DNA of 63,860 bases, filler included, from Actinomycetota bacterium (GTDB lineage Bacteria; Actinomycetota; Acidimicrobiia; IMCC26256; VFJJ01), in NCBI GenBank assembly GCA_009886115.1. It is 5 parts of 5 records of this genome, joined end to end, with 100 filler letters (N's around TTAATTAATTAA, not from the genome) between each part and the next. Parts side by side here need not be neighbours in the genome. Positions count along the whole stretch, not along the records: positions 34,181 to 49,390 come from VFJJ01000106.1; 4 more parts are not named here. One strand, given 5' to 3'. A program made the position numbers and the translations under genes. Shown here piece after piece: positions 38,712-48,224 of this stretch (position 1 is its first letter; every line of letters begins with the position of its first letter). The notes beneath the pieces are model-generated. The model was given only the letters and a program-made list of their open reading frames with translations. It was not told where the DNA came from and did no database searches.

Positions 38712-40232
38712 ATGCGAACCACCCAACTCGATTCCGACGATCTCCGAGCAACCGCCGCCACGCTCTCCGAGCCGATCGCCGGTCTCTGGGACCGCGCCCC
38801 GATCGGCATGGTCGAGGTCGACGCCATGGCTCGGCTCACCGGGGCCAACGCCACCTTCGCCCGACTCCTCGGCCTCGAGCCGGCGGACGTGCCCGGAAGC
38901 CCGTTCCTCGACCACATCGACGACGATCTCACCGCCGAGGTCCGCTCGGAGCTGCTCGCGGTCATCAGCGGCGAGGCCAGCCAGTGCCACGCCCACCTGC
39001 GCTGGCTCCGCAGCGACGGAGCCACCATCTGGGCGGCGCTCAACCTGTGGCGCCTCGGGCCCGAAGGCGGCGCGGCCGGCATCGTCCAGACCGTCGACGA
39101 CGCCCGCAGCCTCGGCCGCCAGCTCGCGCACTCGCTCAAGATGGAAGAGGCGGGGCGTCTCGCCGCCGGGATCGCCCACGAGGTCGGGGCCCAGCTCGCC
39201 CACAGCCTGCGCCAGACCATCCCGATCCACAACCTCGGATCGGCCGGCTCCGCGGCGCCTGGCGCCAACACCGCTGTTGGACACTCCGACGAGCCCGCCG
39301 GCAGCCCCGGCGAGACGTTCGCCTCGCGCGTGGCCCAGCAGCTCGGCGTGAACATCGCGCATGCCCACAAGCACGAGGAGGTCGGACGGCTCGCCGCCGG
39401 GATCGCCCACGAGATCAACACCCCGATCCAGTTCGTGAGCGACAACGTGCACTTCGTGGAAGGCGCGATACGCGACCTGCTCGGGCTCGCCGGACGCTAC
39501 GAGGAGATCGCCCGCACGGCCCTCGGCTCGGGCACCGACACCCCCGTCGGCCCCGGGCAACGCGACCAGCTCCTCCACGCGCTCGAGCAGGCCGGCGAAG
39601 ACGCCGACATCGACTTCCTCCGCGACGAGCTCCCGAACGCCATCAGCGAGAGCCTGGAAGGGATCCGGCGCGTCTCGGCGATCGTCAAGGCCATGAAGGC
39701 CTTCGGCCATCCCGACGCCAGCGAGCGCACGGCCTACGACCTGAACTTCGCCATCGAGAACGCGCTCACGGTCGCTCGCAACGAGATCAAGTACGTGGCC
39801 GAGATCGAGACGCACTTCGAGGACATCCCGCCCGTGGTGTGCTGCCCGGGCGACATCAACCAGGTGCTGTTGAACATCCTCGTCAACGGCGCCCAGGCCA
39901 TCGGCGAGGAGCGGGAGCGGCGCCCGGCGGCCGAAGACGGCTCACGCGAGCTGGGGCGGATCGTGGTCACGACCCGGGCCGAGGGCGACAACGTCCTCGT
40001 GAGCATCGAGGACAACGGCGGCGGCATCCCCGACCACGTGGCCGAGCGGGTGTTCGAGCCGTTCTTCACGACCAAGGGTGTGGGCTCGGGAACCGGTCAG
40101 GGACTGGCGATCGCCTACAGCCTCGTCGTGCACCGCCACGGCGGACGGCTGTGGTTCGAGTCCGTTCCCGGCACTGGGACGACGTTCTTCTTGCGCCTGC
40201 CGATCCATGGACCTCCCGAGGTCGCACGATGA
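38712..40232 (+). CDS. PAS-domain sensor histidine kinase (NtrB-like) with a duplicated H-box
   Basis: PAS domain, AAGIAHEINTP, NQVLLNILVNG, DNGGGI, FEPFFTTK and GTGQGL. Confidence 0.9.
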   Translation: MRTTQLDSDDLRATAATLSEPIAGLWDRAPIGMVEVDAMARLTGANATFARLLGLEPADVPGSPFLDHIDDDLTAEVRSELLAVISGEASQCHAHLRWLRSDGATIWAALNLWRLGPEGGAAGIVQTVDDARSLGRQLAHSLKMEEAGRLAAGIAHEVGAQLAHSLRQTIPIHNLGSAGSAAPGANTAVGHSDEPAGSPGETFASRVAQQLGVNIAHAHKHEEVGRLAAGIAHEINTPIQFVSDNVHFVEGAIRDLLGLAGRYEEIARTALGSGTDTPVGPGQRDQLLHALEQAGEDADIDFLRDELPNAISESLEGIRRVSAIVKAMKAFGHPDASERTAYDLNFAIENALTVARNEIKYVAEIETHFEDIPPVVCCPGDINQVLLNILVNGAQAIGEERERRPAAEDGSRELGRIVVTTRAEGDNVLVSIEDNGGGIPDHVAERVFEPFFTTKGVGSGTGQGLAIAYSLVVHRHGGRLWFESVPGTGTTFFLRLPIHGPPEVAR

Positions 40233-41140
40233 ACCGGATCCTCTTCGTCGACGACGAGCCCCATGTGCTGCACGGGCTTCGCCGGTTGCTCCACGGCCAC
40301 CGCGACACGATGCGCACCGAGTTCGCCGTCGGTGGCGCCGAAGCCATGGCCATGGTCGCCAGCGCCGTAGCGGCGAACGATGGCTTCTCGGTCGTGGTGA
40401 CCGACATGCAGATGCCCGGCATCGACGGCGCCGAGCTGCTCACCAGGCTCCAGGCCGAGCATCCGGCGACGATCCGGATCGCCCTGTCGGGCCACAGCTC
40501 CCGGGCCACGGCGGTCAGGGCGATCTCGCACGCCCACCGGTTTCTCGGCAAGCCCTGCGATCCCGACGAGCTGATCGGCACCCTCGAGAACGCCTTCAGC
40601 CTGCTGGAGCGGTTTCCCCGTCGCGATCTGCAGATGGCGGTGGGGCGCATCGACGTCCTGCCCAGCCGGCCCTCATCGCTGCGTCGCCTGATCGAGCTCT
40701 CGAGCCGGGCCGAGACCACCATCGACGAGTTGACCGTCGCTGTCGAAGGCGACATCGCACTCTCGGCCAAGGTGCTCCAGCTCGCGGGCTCGGGGTTCTT
40801 CGCCCGGGCCGAGCAGGCGCCCTCCGCCGCCGCCGCCGTCGCCCGTCTCGGCGTGAACGTCGTGCGCACCCTGGCGTCGATCGACGGACCGCCCGTGTTC
40901 ACCGAGGCCGCGTCTGACGACGAGCTCCCGTCACCCACGGGCGACCTCACCCTCGACGTCGGACTCCTGGCGCTCACGGTGCTCGAGCGGTCGGGTGATC
41001 TGGTCGACGACGACCTGCCCGCTCCCGAGATGCTCGGCGAGTACCTCCTCGCCCTCTGGGGGCTCCCGGGGACCGAGACCGGCACCGCCGGGGCGCCCGG
41101 TGTCGGGGGCCGAGCCGGGACCGTCGGAGCCCACTGCTGA
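40229..41140 (+). CDS. Response regulator with receiver plus shortened HDOD domain
   Basis: ILFVDDE, TDMQMPG and KP, then LPSRP...DIALSAKVLQLA...GEYLLALWGLP. Confidence 0.82.
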   Translation: MNRILFVDDEPHVLHGLRRLLHGHRDTMRTEFAVGGAEAMAMVASAVAANDGFSVVVTDMQMPGIDGAELLTRLQAEHPATIRIALSGHSSRATAVRAISHAHRFLGKPCDPDELIGTLENAFSLLERFPRRDLQMAVGRIDVLPSRPSSLRRLIELSSRAETTIDELTVAVEGDIALSAKVLQLAGSGFFARAEQAPSAAAAVARLGVNVVRTLASIDGPPVFTEAASDDELPSPTGDLTLDVGLLALTVLERSGDLVDDDLPAPEMLGEYLLALWGLPGTETGTAGAPGVGGRAGTVGAHC

Positions 41141-42435
41141 TGGCTCGATCCGTGAAACCTTCCGAGCACGGCGAGCGCCGCCTGAGGGTGCTCTTCGTCG
41201 ACGACGACCCGTCCATCCTCGAGGCCCACCGGCGACGGTTGCGGCGCGACTGCACGGTCGAGACCGCCACCAACGGCGCCGACGCCCTCCGCCTCGTGAA
41301 CGCGGCGACGGAGTCTGGAAACCCTTACGCCATCTGCGTCTCCGACCTGCGGATGCCGGGCATGGACGGTGCCCGTCTGCTCGAGCTCGTCAAGGCCGGG
41401 GCCCCCGACACCGTCAGGATCCTCCTGACCGGTCACGCCGACGTCGAGACGGCGATCTCGGCCGTCAATCGCGCCGGTGTGTTCCGGTTCCTGCTCAAGC
41501 CCTGCGAGCCGGCTGAGCTGTCGGCTGCGCTCGAGGCGGCGGCCGCCCAGTACGCGCTGGTCACGTCCGAGCGCGAGCTGTTGGAGCAGACGCTCCGCGG
41601 CAGCATCGCGGCCTTCCTCGAGGCCTTGTCGTTGGCGCATCCGAGGGCCTTCGCTCACAGCGTTCGCGCCACACGGATCGTCACCCAGCTCAGCGCGGCA
41701 CTCCAGCCCGAGGGAGCCTGGGAGTTCGAGATCGCGGCCATGCTGGCCGACATCGGAGCGGTCACCCTCCCCGCCGACGTCGTCGACAAGCTCTACGGGG
41801 GCACCGTGCTGTCGGCCGACGAGCAGGCCATGGTCGATCGGCTCCCCGAGGTCGTCGACCGTCTCGTCACGCCCATCCCGCGTCTCGAGCACGTACGCGA
41901 GATCCTGCGCTGGCGCGATCGCCGGCACGACGGTGCGGCCGCCACCGGCACGACAGTCGGGTCCCGCCGGCCGACGCCGGGACCCATCGGCGACCAGATT
42001 CCCTTGGCGTCACGGGTGTTGAAGGTCGCCCGCGATTTCGAGGAGCTCGACTCGGGTGGTCTCAGCGCCGCCGACACCGTCGAGATCATGCGCCGACGTG
42101 TGGGCGCCTACGACCCCGCCGTCCTGAGCGTGCTGGCCCGGATCTTCCATGCCGAGGAACGCCCCCGGGTACTCACCGAGGTCGATCTCACCGACCTCTG
42201 GGACCTCCCCGTGGGAACGAGGATCGCCCGGGATCTGGTGACCCAGGGTGGGACGTTGCTCTTGTCTCGCGGTCACGAGCTCACCCCGAGCACCATCGAA
42301 CGTCTCCGCAACTGGTCGGCTCGCTCCCCGGTGGGCTCGATCCTCCTGTCGATGCCGGTGTCGGCGTCGGTCGAGGAAGCCGAGACCAGTCTCGGAACCA
42401 TCGTCTCGTCCCCCACCGGAAAGGCCCGAGGATGA
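41140..42435 (+). CDS. Response regulator with receiver plus degenerate HD-GYP-like domain
   Basis: VDDD, SDLRMPG and LKP. The HD dyad is replaced (AAMLADIG) and there is no GYP motif. Confidence 0.85.
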   Translation: MARSVKPSEHGERRLRVLFVDDDPSILEAHRRRLRRDCTVETATNGADALRLVNAATESGNPYAICVSDLRMPGMDGARLLELVKAGAPDTVRILLTGHADVETAISAVNRAGVFRFLLKPCEPAELSAALEAAAAQYALVTSERELLEQTLRGSIAAFLEALSLAHPRAFAHSVRATRIVTQLSAALQPEGAWEFEIAAMLADIGAVTLPADVVDKLYGGTVLSADEQAMVDRLPEVVDRLVTPIPRLEHVREILRWRDRRHDGAAATGTTVGSRRPTPGPIGDQIPLASRVLKVARDFEELDSGGLSAADTVEIMRRRVGAYDPAVLSVLARIFHAEERPRVLTEVDLTDLWDLPVGTRIARDLVTQGGTLLLSRGHELTPSTIERLRNWSARSPVGSILLSMPVSASVEEAETSLGTIVSSPTGKARG

Positions 42436-43739
42436 CGTCCTCCCCCACTGCGCTGGCCAATGCTGCCGACGAGCACGGTCACATCCCCATGGCAACGCTC
42501 ATCGACCGGGCGCTCTCGGGCTCGACCGCAACTGGCGTCGTCACCGCCTCCGACGGGCGCCCGCGGATCCTGTGCGTCGACGACGAGGCATTGGCGTTGC
42601 AGAGCCTGAGCCGGGTCCTGCGGTCCCGCTACGACATCGTGGTCGAGCCGTCGCCGCGCATTGCGCTCAAGACCCTGGCGGCCGACGGTCCTTTCGCCGT
42701 GCTCCTCACCGACTTGAAGATGCCCGAGATGGACGGCGTGACCCTGCTGCACCAGGCCCGCGAGATCGCTCCGGGGACGTGCCGCGTGCTGCTCACCGGC
42801 CACGCCGATCTCCCTGCGGCGCTCGACGCCGTGAACCAGGGCAACGTGTTCCGGATCCTCACCAAGCCCACCACACCCGACGACCTGGCGGCCGCGCTCG
42901 ATGCCGCGGTCGACCAGCACAACCTGGTGGTCGCCGAGCAGGTGCTGCTCGAGCAGACCCTCCGCGGGGCCGTGCGGGCTCTGCTGGAGGCGTTGTCGCT
43001 CACCGATCCCGGCGCGTTCGGGCGAGCGATGCGGGCCCGTGACTGGATCGGCTACCTGCTCGAGACGTGCACCATGGTCGGCATCGACGTGCCAGCACCG
43101 TGGCAGATCGAGGTCGCGGCGATGTTGTCGCAGCTCGGATCCGTGGTGCTCCCGGCGTCGGTCGTCGCCAAGCGCAACGACGGCACCACCTTGACTCCCG
43201 ACGAGGAACGGATCGTCGCCCGGGTCCCCGAGGTCGGTGTCGAGCTCCTGGCGGCCATCCCGCGCCTCGATGGCGTACGAGAGATCATCTCGCTGCAGCA
43301 CCGCCGCTACGACGGCCGCTCGGGCAGCCCCGGCGCCGGTCCCGTTGGCGCTGGGGTGAGCCCGGGTCCGCGTGGGCGCGCCATCCCGCTGGGTGCCCGG
43401 CTGCTCAAGATCGCGCTCGACACCGACGAGCTCGAGTCGCGGGGGGTTCGGGGCGTGGCGTTGCTCGAGACGCTCCGCACCCGGATCGGCGCCTACGACG
43501 AGGAGCTCCTCGCCGTGCTGGCCGAGGCGATCCGTGCCGTTCCCTTCGAGCGGGCCCTGCTGCACGTGTCGCTCTCGGAGCTGCGTCCCGGCATGGTCCT
43601 GGCCGTCGACGCCTGCACGGGCGAGGGCACCCTGCTCCTGGCCCACGGCCACGAGCTGACCTCCCAGTCGATCGAGCGTCTCGCCAACCACGCCACCACC
43701 GGATCCGTCCGCCAACCTCTGACCGTCGTCGCCCCCTGA
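42432..43739 (+). CDS. Response regulator with receiver plus degenerate HD-GYP-like domain (paralog of the preceding gene)
   Basis: VDDE, TDLKMP and TKP. AAMLSQLG stands in place of HD. LLEQTLRG is shared with the preceding gene. Confidence 0.85.
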   Translation: MTSSPTALANAADEHGHIPMATLIDRALSGSTATGVVTASDGRPRILCVDDEALALQSLSRVLRSRYDIVVEPSPRIALKTLAADGPFAVLLTDLKMPEMDGVTLLHQAREIAPGTCRVLLTGHADLPAALDAVNQGNVFRILTKPTTPDDLAAALDAAVDQHNLVVAEQVLLEQTLRGAVRALLEALSLTDPGAFGRAMRARDWIGYLLETCTMVGIDVPAPWQIEVAAMLSQLGSVVLPASVVAKRNDGTTLTPDEERIVARVPEVGVELLAAIPRLDGVREIISLQHRRYDGRSGSPGAGPVGAGVSPGPRGRAIPLGARLLKIALDTDELESRGVRGVALLETLRTRIGAYDEELLAVLAEAIRAVPFERALLHVSLSELRPGMVLAVDACTGEGTLLLAHGHELTSQSIERLANHATTGSVRQPLTVVAP

Positions 43740-43809
43740 AGGCCACGCCCGCCGAGGCGATCGTCGCACGGTCCCGGGGGCGCGGGCAGCCGGGGGCTAT
43801 CGTCGGGGC

Positions 43810-44142
43810 ATGGGTCAGGCGATCGTGGTGAGCTCCAAGCCCTCGGCTCGTCCCGGGGTGCGGGCATTCGAGTGCAACCGGTCCATCACCAGCATGGAGA
43901 TCGAGCGCTACCCCTCGGTCGCTGCGGTGAAGAAGCACCGGCCGCCCGACGTGCTGGCCGGGAAGCTCTTCGACATCGGCGCATCGAGCGTCACGATCTA
44001 CTCGAACATCGTCACGGTGGAGGCCGATCCCGAAGGCTGGGACGAGCTCGAGCCGCAGGTCCTCGATCTCATCGAGAACATGTTCATCTACTACCGCGAA
44101 GGCGTCCCGATCACGACCGGGCTCGAAGAGCAGCCGGCCTGA
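43810..44142 (+). CDS. Small protein resembling the Nfu/NifU N-terminal domain
   Basis: PG...FE.NRS, LAGKLFDIG..SV.IYSNIVTV...W pattern. TATCGT -10 lies 6 nt before the ATG. Confidence 0.6.
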   Translation: MGQAIVVSSKPSARPGVRAFECNRSITSMEIERYPSVAAVKKHRPPDVLAGKLFDIGASSVTIYSNIVTVEADPEGWDELEPQVLDLIENMFIYYREGVPITTGLEEQPA

Positions 44143-44891
44143 TCCTGCGTGCGCCCGTCGGCCGGCGGGCGTCCCTCGGCGGTGGCACCATCACCGCCGA
44201 TCGGAGCATCGAGGTCGAGGCTCAGTTGATCGTCGGCAGCTCCGGGGAGGCGCCACGACCGACGGTGTTCGACGCAGGGACCGTGCTCGCGCAGCGCTGC
44301 CATGTGCTCGGGGGTCGCGTACCCCTTGTTGATCTCCCACCCGTACGCCGGGTGCTGTTGCGCGAGCTCACGCATCAGGCCATCGCGGGTCACCTTGGCC
44401 AGCACGCTCGCGGCGGCCACGGAGGCGCACAGGAGATCGGCCTTGACCTTGAGCTCGACCCGGTGCGGCGCACGGGCGAGCGGTGAATCGGCGATCCGGG
44501 TCGGCCGGCTGAACCAGTCGTAGTTGCCGTCGAGCAGCACGCAGCCGGCATCGCTGTCGAGCGCAGCGAGGGCCCGCTCGCCGGCCAGGCGCAACGCCCG
44601 CAGGATCCCGTGGGCGTCGATCTCGGCGGCACTGGCGTGACCGACGGCCCACTCGAGCGCCCACCGATCGATGCGGGGGACGAGCGCCTCGCGAGCGCCG
44701 GGGCTCAGGAGCTTGGAGTCACGCAGCCCCGTGGGGGGCCGCTTCACCGTGAGGTCGACGACGACCGCTCCCACCGTGACCGGACCGCCGAGGCAACCCC
44801 GGCCGACCTCGTCGGTCCCCACGACAGCGGCGACCCCCGAGCCGAGCCATTGTTGCTCGACTCGGAGGTTCGGCGCCCGGCCCGCTGTCAT
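44091..44891 (-). CDS. rnhB: Ribonuclease HII
   Basis: GTDEVGRG, LRDSKLL, LLDG, AAASVLAKVTRD, NKGY and HRRSW. Confidence 0.93.
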   Translation of the reverse strand: MTAGRAPNLRVEQQWLGSGVAAVVGTDEVGRGCLGGPVTVGAVVVDLTVKRPPTGLRDSKLLSPGAREALVPRIDRWALEWAVGHASAAEIDAHGILRALRLAGERALAALDSDAGCVLLDGNYDWFSRPTRIADSPLARAPHRVELKVKADLLCASVAAASVLAKVTRDGLMRELAQQHPAYGWEINKGYATPEHMAALREHGPCVEHRRSWRLPGAADDQLSLDLDAPIGGDGATAEGRPPADGRTQDQAGCSSSPVVIGTPSR

Positions 44892-44937
44892 GGCGACATC
44901 TTCGCGGGCCCACGCCGTGGCGGGGCGACTCTGCCCC

Positions 44938-46455
44938 TCAGTTGCCGCGCATGCCCTCGACGAACTCGACGAACTCCTCGAGATCCTGCGGATCGAGGGC
45001 GCGTAGCACGTCGATGACGACCTCGGCGTAGGTTCGGAGCGGACTCACGTACCAGCCCCCGTCAACTCGGGTCACCACGATCGCCAGCTCGATCTCGCCC
45101 TGCAGGTCGGTGAGGAACGTCGGGAGCTCGACCCCGATGGCGTCGAGCTGGTCTTGGACGTCGCCGGTGCAGAACTCCTGGGTGTCGTCACTGAAGTCGT
45201 CGCTGACCGTGACCTCGACGCACCCCGTGTCGGGATCGACGACGATGTCAGTGCTCGTGAAGCCGTCGGTGAGCGACGCCGTGAGACCGAGGCGGTCGAC
45301 GGTGACCCGGGCGATGTCGCCCGAAACGTCGGCCGTGGCCTCGAAGTCGGTGATGTCGACCTGGTAGCTGAAGCCCGACTCGCTGATCATGTCGTCGAGC
45401 TGTTCCTGGGCGTCGTCGATGAACAGGGTCCCGTAGACGTGCAGGGCCCGCATCTCGTCGGGCGGGGTGAGCTCGACGAGCCGTCGGATGTCGAGCTGGG
45501 TGGCAGCGTCGATCACGTCTCGCACGGCATCCTCGGGGGTCTCGGCCCCGGCGCCGCCGATCGGGTCCTCGAAGTCGGGCAGGTCGGCATCGAGGGCTCG
45601 GCGAGCGTTCTCGGCGACCGTGAACCAGAAGCTCACGAACCAGCCGCCGTCCTCCTCGACGGCCACCAGCACCGGATCGGGGCCGTCCTGGCTGAGCTCT
45701 TCGGCCAGGTCCGACTCGCCGTCGACCGGGTCGAGCTCGTTCGTGTCGATGAGACCGTCGACGAACGGGCCCAGGGGAAGCTCAGCCGGATCGAACGTGC
45801 CGCTGGCGTCGCCCCCGTCGATGCTGACCGTCGAGAAACCGGGGCTCAGCTCCTCGCTCGAGAGCTCGAGGTTCTCGAACAACACCTCGAACCCACTCAT
45901 CGCGCTGAGATCGACGCCTTCGTCGAGCACCTCGAGACGCACGAGCTCGGCGGTGACGTCGATCAAGGGATCCTTGAAGGAGTTGCGCTCCGACGGTGCC
46001 ATGGCGTCGAGCATGCCCAGGATGTCGGCGTTGCCCATGGCAGCGAACATGGCTTCCACTGCCGCTTCGGGCGACTCGGCGCCGCCAGCGTCGTCACCGG
46101 TCAGCGAGGTCACAGCGAAGGCCCCACCCCCCAACACCGCCAGCAGGGTCGCGGCGACGACGGCGATCTTGCCCGTGCGGCGACGCTTGGGCGGAGTCGG
46201 CTGCTGTGTGGGATCGCCGGGCCAGGTCGCTCCTTGCTGCCATGGCGCGGGGGCCTGGCCGTACTGCGGACCCGGCTGGCCGTACTGCGGACCCGCCTGG
46301 CCGTACTGCGGACCCGGCTGGCCGTACTCGGGCGCCGGCTGTCCGTAGGTCGGCTGCTGGCCTGGATGCGGCGCGGGTTGCCCGTAGGGCGACGGCCCGG
46401 GAGGCGGAGGTGGAATCGGGGGCTGGCCGTGGTAGGGCTGCGACTCGTCAGTCAT
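44938..46455 (-). CDS. Hypothetical single-pass membrane protein: Pro/Gln-rich N-terminus and acidic extracellular domain with an internal repeat
   Basis: YGQP repeats, KRRR plus TM helix, and a duplicated GAE(S/T)PE.AV...DGGW(F/Y)VS module. Confidence 0.8.
   Translation of the reverse strand: MTDESQPYHGQPPIPPPPPGPSPYGQPAPHPGQQPTYGQPAPEYGQPGPQYGQAGPQYGQPGPQYGQAPAPWQQGATWPGDPTQQPTPPKRRRTGKIAVVAATLLAVLGGGAFAVTSLTGDDAGGAESPEAAVEAMFAAMGNADILGMLDAMAPSERNSFKDPLIDVTAELVRLEVLDEGVDLSAMSGFEVLFENLELSSEELSPGFSTVSIDGGDASGTFDPAELPLGPFVDGLIDTNELDPVDGESDLAEELSQDGPDPVLVAVEEDGGWFVSFWFTVAENARRALDADLPDFEDPIGGAGAETPEDAVRDVIDAATQLDIRRLVELTPPDEMRALHVYGTLFIDDAQEQLDDMISESGFSYQVDITDFEATADVSGDIARVTVDRLGLTASLTDGFTSTDIVVDPDTGCVEVTVSDDFSDDTQEFCTGDVQDQLDAIGVELPTFLTDLQGEIELAIVVTRVDGGWYVSPLRTYAEVVIDVLRALDPQDLEEFVEFVEGMRGN
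46255..46338. repeat. 21-bp coding tandem repeat, four copies
   Basis: CTGGCCGTACTGCGGACCCG(G/C) three times plus one degenerate copy. Encodes PGPQYGQ. Confidence 0.9.
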
Positions 46456-46519
46456 GGTGTCCTCACCTGGGTTTCGGGAGTCGTCCGGCGCCGAAATCGG
46501 ACGACCCGGGGGATGATCG

Positions 46520-46963
46520 TCACGTGCTCCTGCGCACCTTGAGCCCGATGATGCCCACGACCCGGCTCGTGATACCTCCGAGCCCGATCAGCGAGCCGAC
46601 GAGCGCGACGTAGACCCCCGGGCGCAGCGGCAGCGGCGTGCGTACGACCAGCGCAACGGCGATCACGCCCAGTGCCGATGCGAGCCCGGCGGCCACGAGC
46701 GCCTGGAGCTGACGACCGAGCGCTGCTGCGAGGAGTCCGACCGCGGCGAGGAGCGGCACCAACGCCCAGAACACGAGCAGCCGCTGCTGCCATCCCGCGG
46801 CCACGAGATCGAGGCGATCGGCCAGCCGCACGAGCGCGAAGCTCGAACGCGCCGTGCGACCCGAGCTGGCCCAGGGGAGGAACCCGGCCAGGGCCACGAC
46901 GCCCGACCCGGCGGTGGCGGTCCAGATCGGCCAGGTCGTTGCCGACCGCTCAGCTCGGCTCAT
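46520..46963 (-). CDS. Hypothetical four-TM membrane protein
   Basis: Hydrophobic ORF containing FLPW..SG, co-oriented with its neighbours. Confidence 0.65.
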   Translation of the reverse strand: MSRAERSATTWPIWTATAGSGVVALAGFLPWASSGRTARSSFALVRLADRLDLVAAGWQQRLLVFWALVPLLAAVGLLAAALGRQLQALVAAGLASALGVIAVALVVRTPLPLRPGVYVALVGSLIGLGGITSRVVGIIGLKVRRST

Positions 46964-47028
46964 GGCGCGAGAAGCCGGCGTTCACGGTCGGAATCGCCCG
47001 TTCGTGGTGTCCGGTCAACGCAGGCATG

Positions 47029-47691
47029 TCAGCCATGGTACCGCTCGTCGATCAGCTCGTCGGTCACGTCCTGCATGGTCCGAAAGATCGTGAACTCGAC
47101 GTCGTTGGCGTCGCACCACCGGGCCAGGTTGTCCTTGGCGAAGAGCACGTCGGCGAGGAGCGCCGCCTTGCGATCGCTGGTGCCGTCGCCCACGAACACC
47201 GTGGTCCGACCCGAGGCCCGGGCGTCGCGTATGGGCGCCTGCTTGCAGGTTCCGCACGTCGAGCACGCGCAGCAGCGGTCGGCGTTGGGGAAGGTCAACT
47301 CGCCGATCGACCAGTCGACGGCATTGGTGACGACCTCGATGCCGAGCGGAGCGCAGGCCTGCTCGACGTGGAAGCCGAAACCGTCGCTCACCACCGTCAC
47401 GAGCGCGCCCGCAGAGCGCAGGGCGTCGACCAGCGGGGCGAAATCGGGGTCGATCTCGACCTCCCGGGCGGTCGAGCTGAGCAGCGCCTCGTCGTGCGGC
47501 AGGGCGGCCCACTCCTCGACGAGGCACTCGCGACTGCCGATCAACCCGGCCTCGTACCGCTGCTCGGCGTCGCGCCAATCGGCGATGGCCAAGCGCTCCA
47601 AGAGGTGCACGCACGTGTCGCGACTGCTCACGGTGCCGTCCCAGTCGAAGAACACGTGGGCCCGGGCCAGGTCGACCTCGAAGGGGTGCAT
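47029..47691 (-). CDS. HAD-IB family phosphatase (MtnX-like)
   Basis: FFDWDGT, VVSDG, CGTCK, VGDGTSD and LFAK. Confidence 0.88.
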   Translation of the reverse strand: MHPFEVDLARAHVFFDWDGTVSSRDTCVHLLERLAIADWRDAEQRYEAGLIGSRECLVEEWAALPHDEALLSSTAREVEIDPDFAPLVDALRSAGALVTVVSDGFGFHVEQACAPLGIEVVTNAVDWSIGELTFPNADRCCACSTCGTCKQAPIRDARASGRTTVFVGDGTSDRKAALLADVLFAKDNLARWCDANDVEFTIFRTMQDVTDELIDERYHG

Positions 47692-47736
47692 GGATGGGAG
47701 TCTCTCATCCTCACCGTGTTCTCCTAGCCTGAAACC

Positions 47737-47889
47737 GTGCCGAGCCCCGTCCCCGATCCCCGAGCACACACCGGCGGCGATTCGACCGTCGCGGGGAGCG
47801 ACGTGCCGATCGCCGTGGCGATCGTGCCGCACACGCACTGGGATCGCGAGTGGTACGGCATGGTTCCCTACCTGCGGCGATGCGGCTGA
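47737..47889 (+). pseudogene. 5' fragment of a GH38 alpha-mannosidase gene, interrupted
   Basis: GTG 47737 (TAGCCT -10 six nt upstream) opens ...VAIVPHTHWDREWY, the GH38 N-terminal signature. Ten unrelated codons and TGA follow. Confidence 0.78.
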
Positions 47890-48224
47890 AAGTCCCTCTG
47901 ACCAGCCCATTCTCTGCTCAGCGGTTCTCGTCGTTTCGCATGGTTTCTCGATGAGCTGAGGACAGATTGAGGACAAGCTGAGGACTCGGACAGCGGGCGA
48001 GGCTCACGCCATGCGCCCGGTGTGTCGAGCCCACGCCTCGATATCGGGACGGTGCCAGAGCTGGCAGCGGCCGCCCTCGGAGACGACGAGCGGCCGGCGA
48101 GATCCTCGCCGGGATGCCGAAGCAGGCCGGGGCACGCACGGGCTCTCACGCTGAGAGGCCGTCGCGGCTCCGATGCACGACGGTGACCCCTCTAGACACG
48201 ATGTCAGGAGGGTCGCGATCGTGC

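Noticed and set aside
46255..46338. 21-bp repeats as a possible mini-CRISPR
   Set aside because: They are head-to-tail with no spacers and encode an in-frame PGPQYGQ low-complexity tract.
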